Assembly (NCBI GenBank): GCA_964016885.1
Contig: OZ024745.1
Location: 29,760,001 to 29,824,000 of the forward strand
Length of the DNA: 64,000 nt
Direction of reading: 5' to 3'
Origin: Eledone cirrhosa
Lineage: Eukaryota
Position 1 is the stretch's first letter, and every line of letters begins with the position of its first letter. Positions 63,006 to 64,000 of this stretch are shown here, piece by piece. The notes below the pieces were generated by a model. The model was given only the letters and a program-made list of their open reading frames with translations. It was not told the DNA's origin and did not search any database. The translations under genes were made by a program, and so were the position numbers.

Positions 63006-63439
63006 GCTGGTTATCTGTCTGGGATGGACACATGTGTTAAACTTGCTTGGTAAGTTTTGTTTAAATTTCTTTAGAAATTCGTCATTGTGAACTTTTATTT
63101 TTATACCAATTTGTAGAGGGACTGACAGGTCAAATTTTGATCTGGTCAGTCTCCCAAAATATCGTGCCCCTCAGGGCAAAAAACATCCAAAATATTTTTG
63201 AAAGAAAAAGTTTTTGCAAAACACTTCAATTTTTTTTAAATGGCTGAAGCAAAGGCACTTACTTCTTTGTAAAAACAAGAAGATGGGAAGGGAAAGCCAT
63301 GCCTACTTGACCAGCAGGTAGTAGCAGACATGGACAAAGGAATGCCAACATTATCGCCTCAACATTTAGAAGAGGAACAAACTTCAGCTGCTTGTAAGCA
63401 ACTGAACAACGTCACATGTATCCACACACAGAAGGAAGT

Positions 63440-63768
63440 CATCATCATCATCATTTCATTTTATGTCCGCTTTTTCCCTGCTTGCAAGGGTGGGATGGGA
63501 ACTGATGCTGGCTTGATTTCTACAGCTGGATGCCCTTCCTAACACCAACCTCATTTACAGTGAGTGCTGGGTGCTTTTTTTTTTTTTGCCGTGGCACCTC
63601 CACGACCACTTTGCAGTGGGATGATAGGGTCCCCAGCCCCTATCATCTCATTTCTACAGCTGAGTAAACTGGAGCAATGTGAAACAACACATCACCCGGT
63701 CTGAGAATTGAACTCACAACCTTTCGATTGCAAGGCCAATGCTCTAACCACTAAGCCATGTGCCTCCA
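63440..63768 (-). mobile_element. SINE family 2 copy, inverted relative to 59897-60222
   Basis: High-identity reverse complement with a small internal deletion. Confidence 0.85.
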
Positions 63769-64000
63769 TTGGCCATGTGCCTCCATTAGCAAACACTAAC
63801 ACCACCACAACCAACAACAACAACACAATAAAAGGAATCAGTGGCAACACAACGAATGAGACCATCATCACCACCAACAACAACAATAACAAAATTTCAT
63901 TTGCAGCAACAGGATTTTAAATACTATTTCATGGACATTTCCCAAAAGTCCCAATATTTGGAAGAAGCTTCCAACTATGTGACGTTTGAGGGAGACACCC

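Overview
AT-rich, repeat-dense animal genomic DNA. The SINE and RTE repertoire is octopus/coleoid-like, which is an inference. Three intron-rich genes can be assembled by hand with consistent splice phases. (1) + strand, 691-29590: the 3' part of a tandem multi-domain lipocalin gene, with two lipocalin domains each encoded by the same 4-exon cassette and a final exon for a basic/Gly patch plus a very Glu-rich tail. (2) - strand, 51982-33254: a complete 10-exon PIGK/GPI8 (GPI transamidase, about 350 aa) that stops before any transmembrane helix. (3) + strand, from 52673: the 5' part of an AK5-like adenylate kinase, head-to-head with PIGK, with a degenerate first P-loop and a GC-AG intron. Introns hold RTE, CR1 and CRE LINE fragments, two tRNA-SINE families, mariner and hAT remnants, and a 7-kb 48-bp satellite that accounts for the long repetitive ORFs. 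They also hold several long near-perfect palindromes and hammerhead-ribozyme motifs resembling Penelope-like element (PLE) or retrozyme termini.
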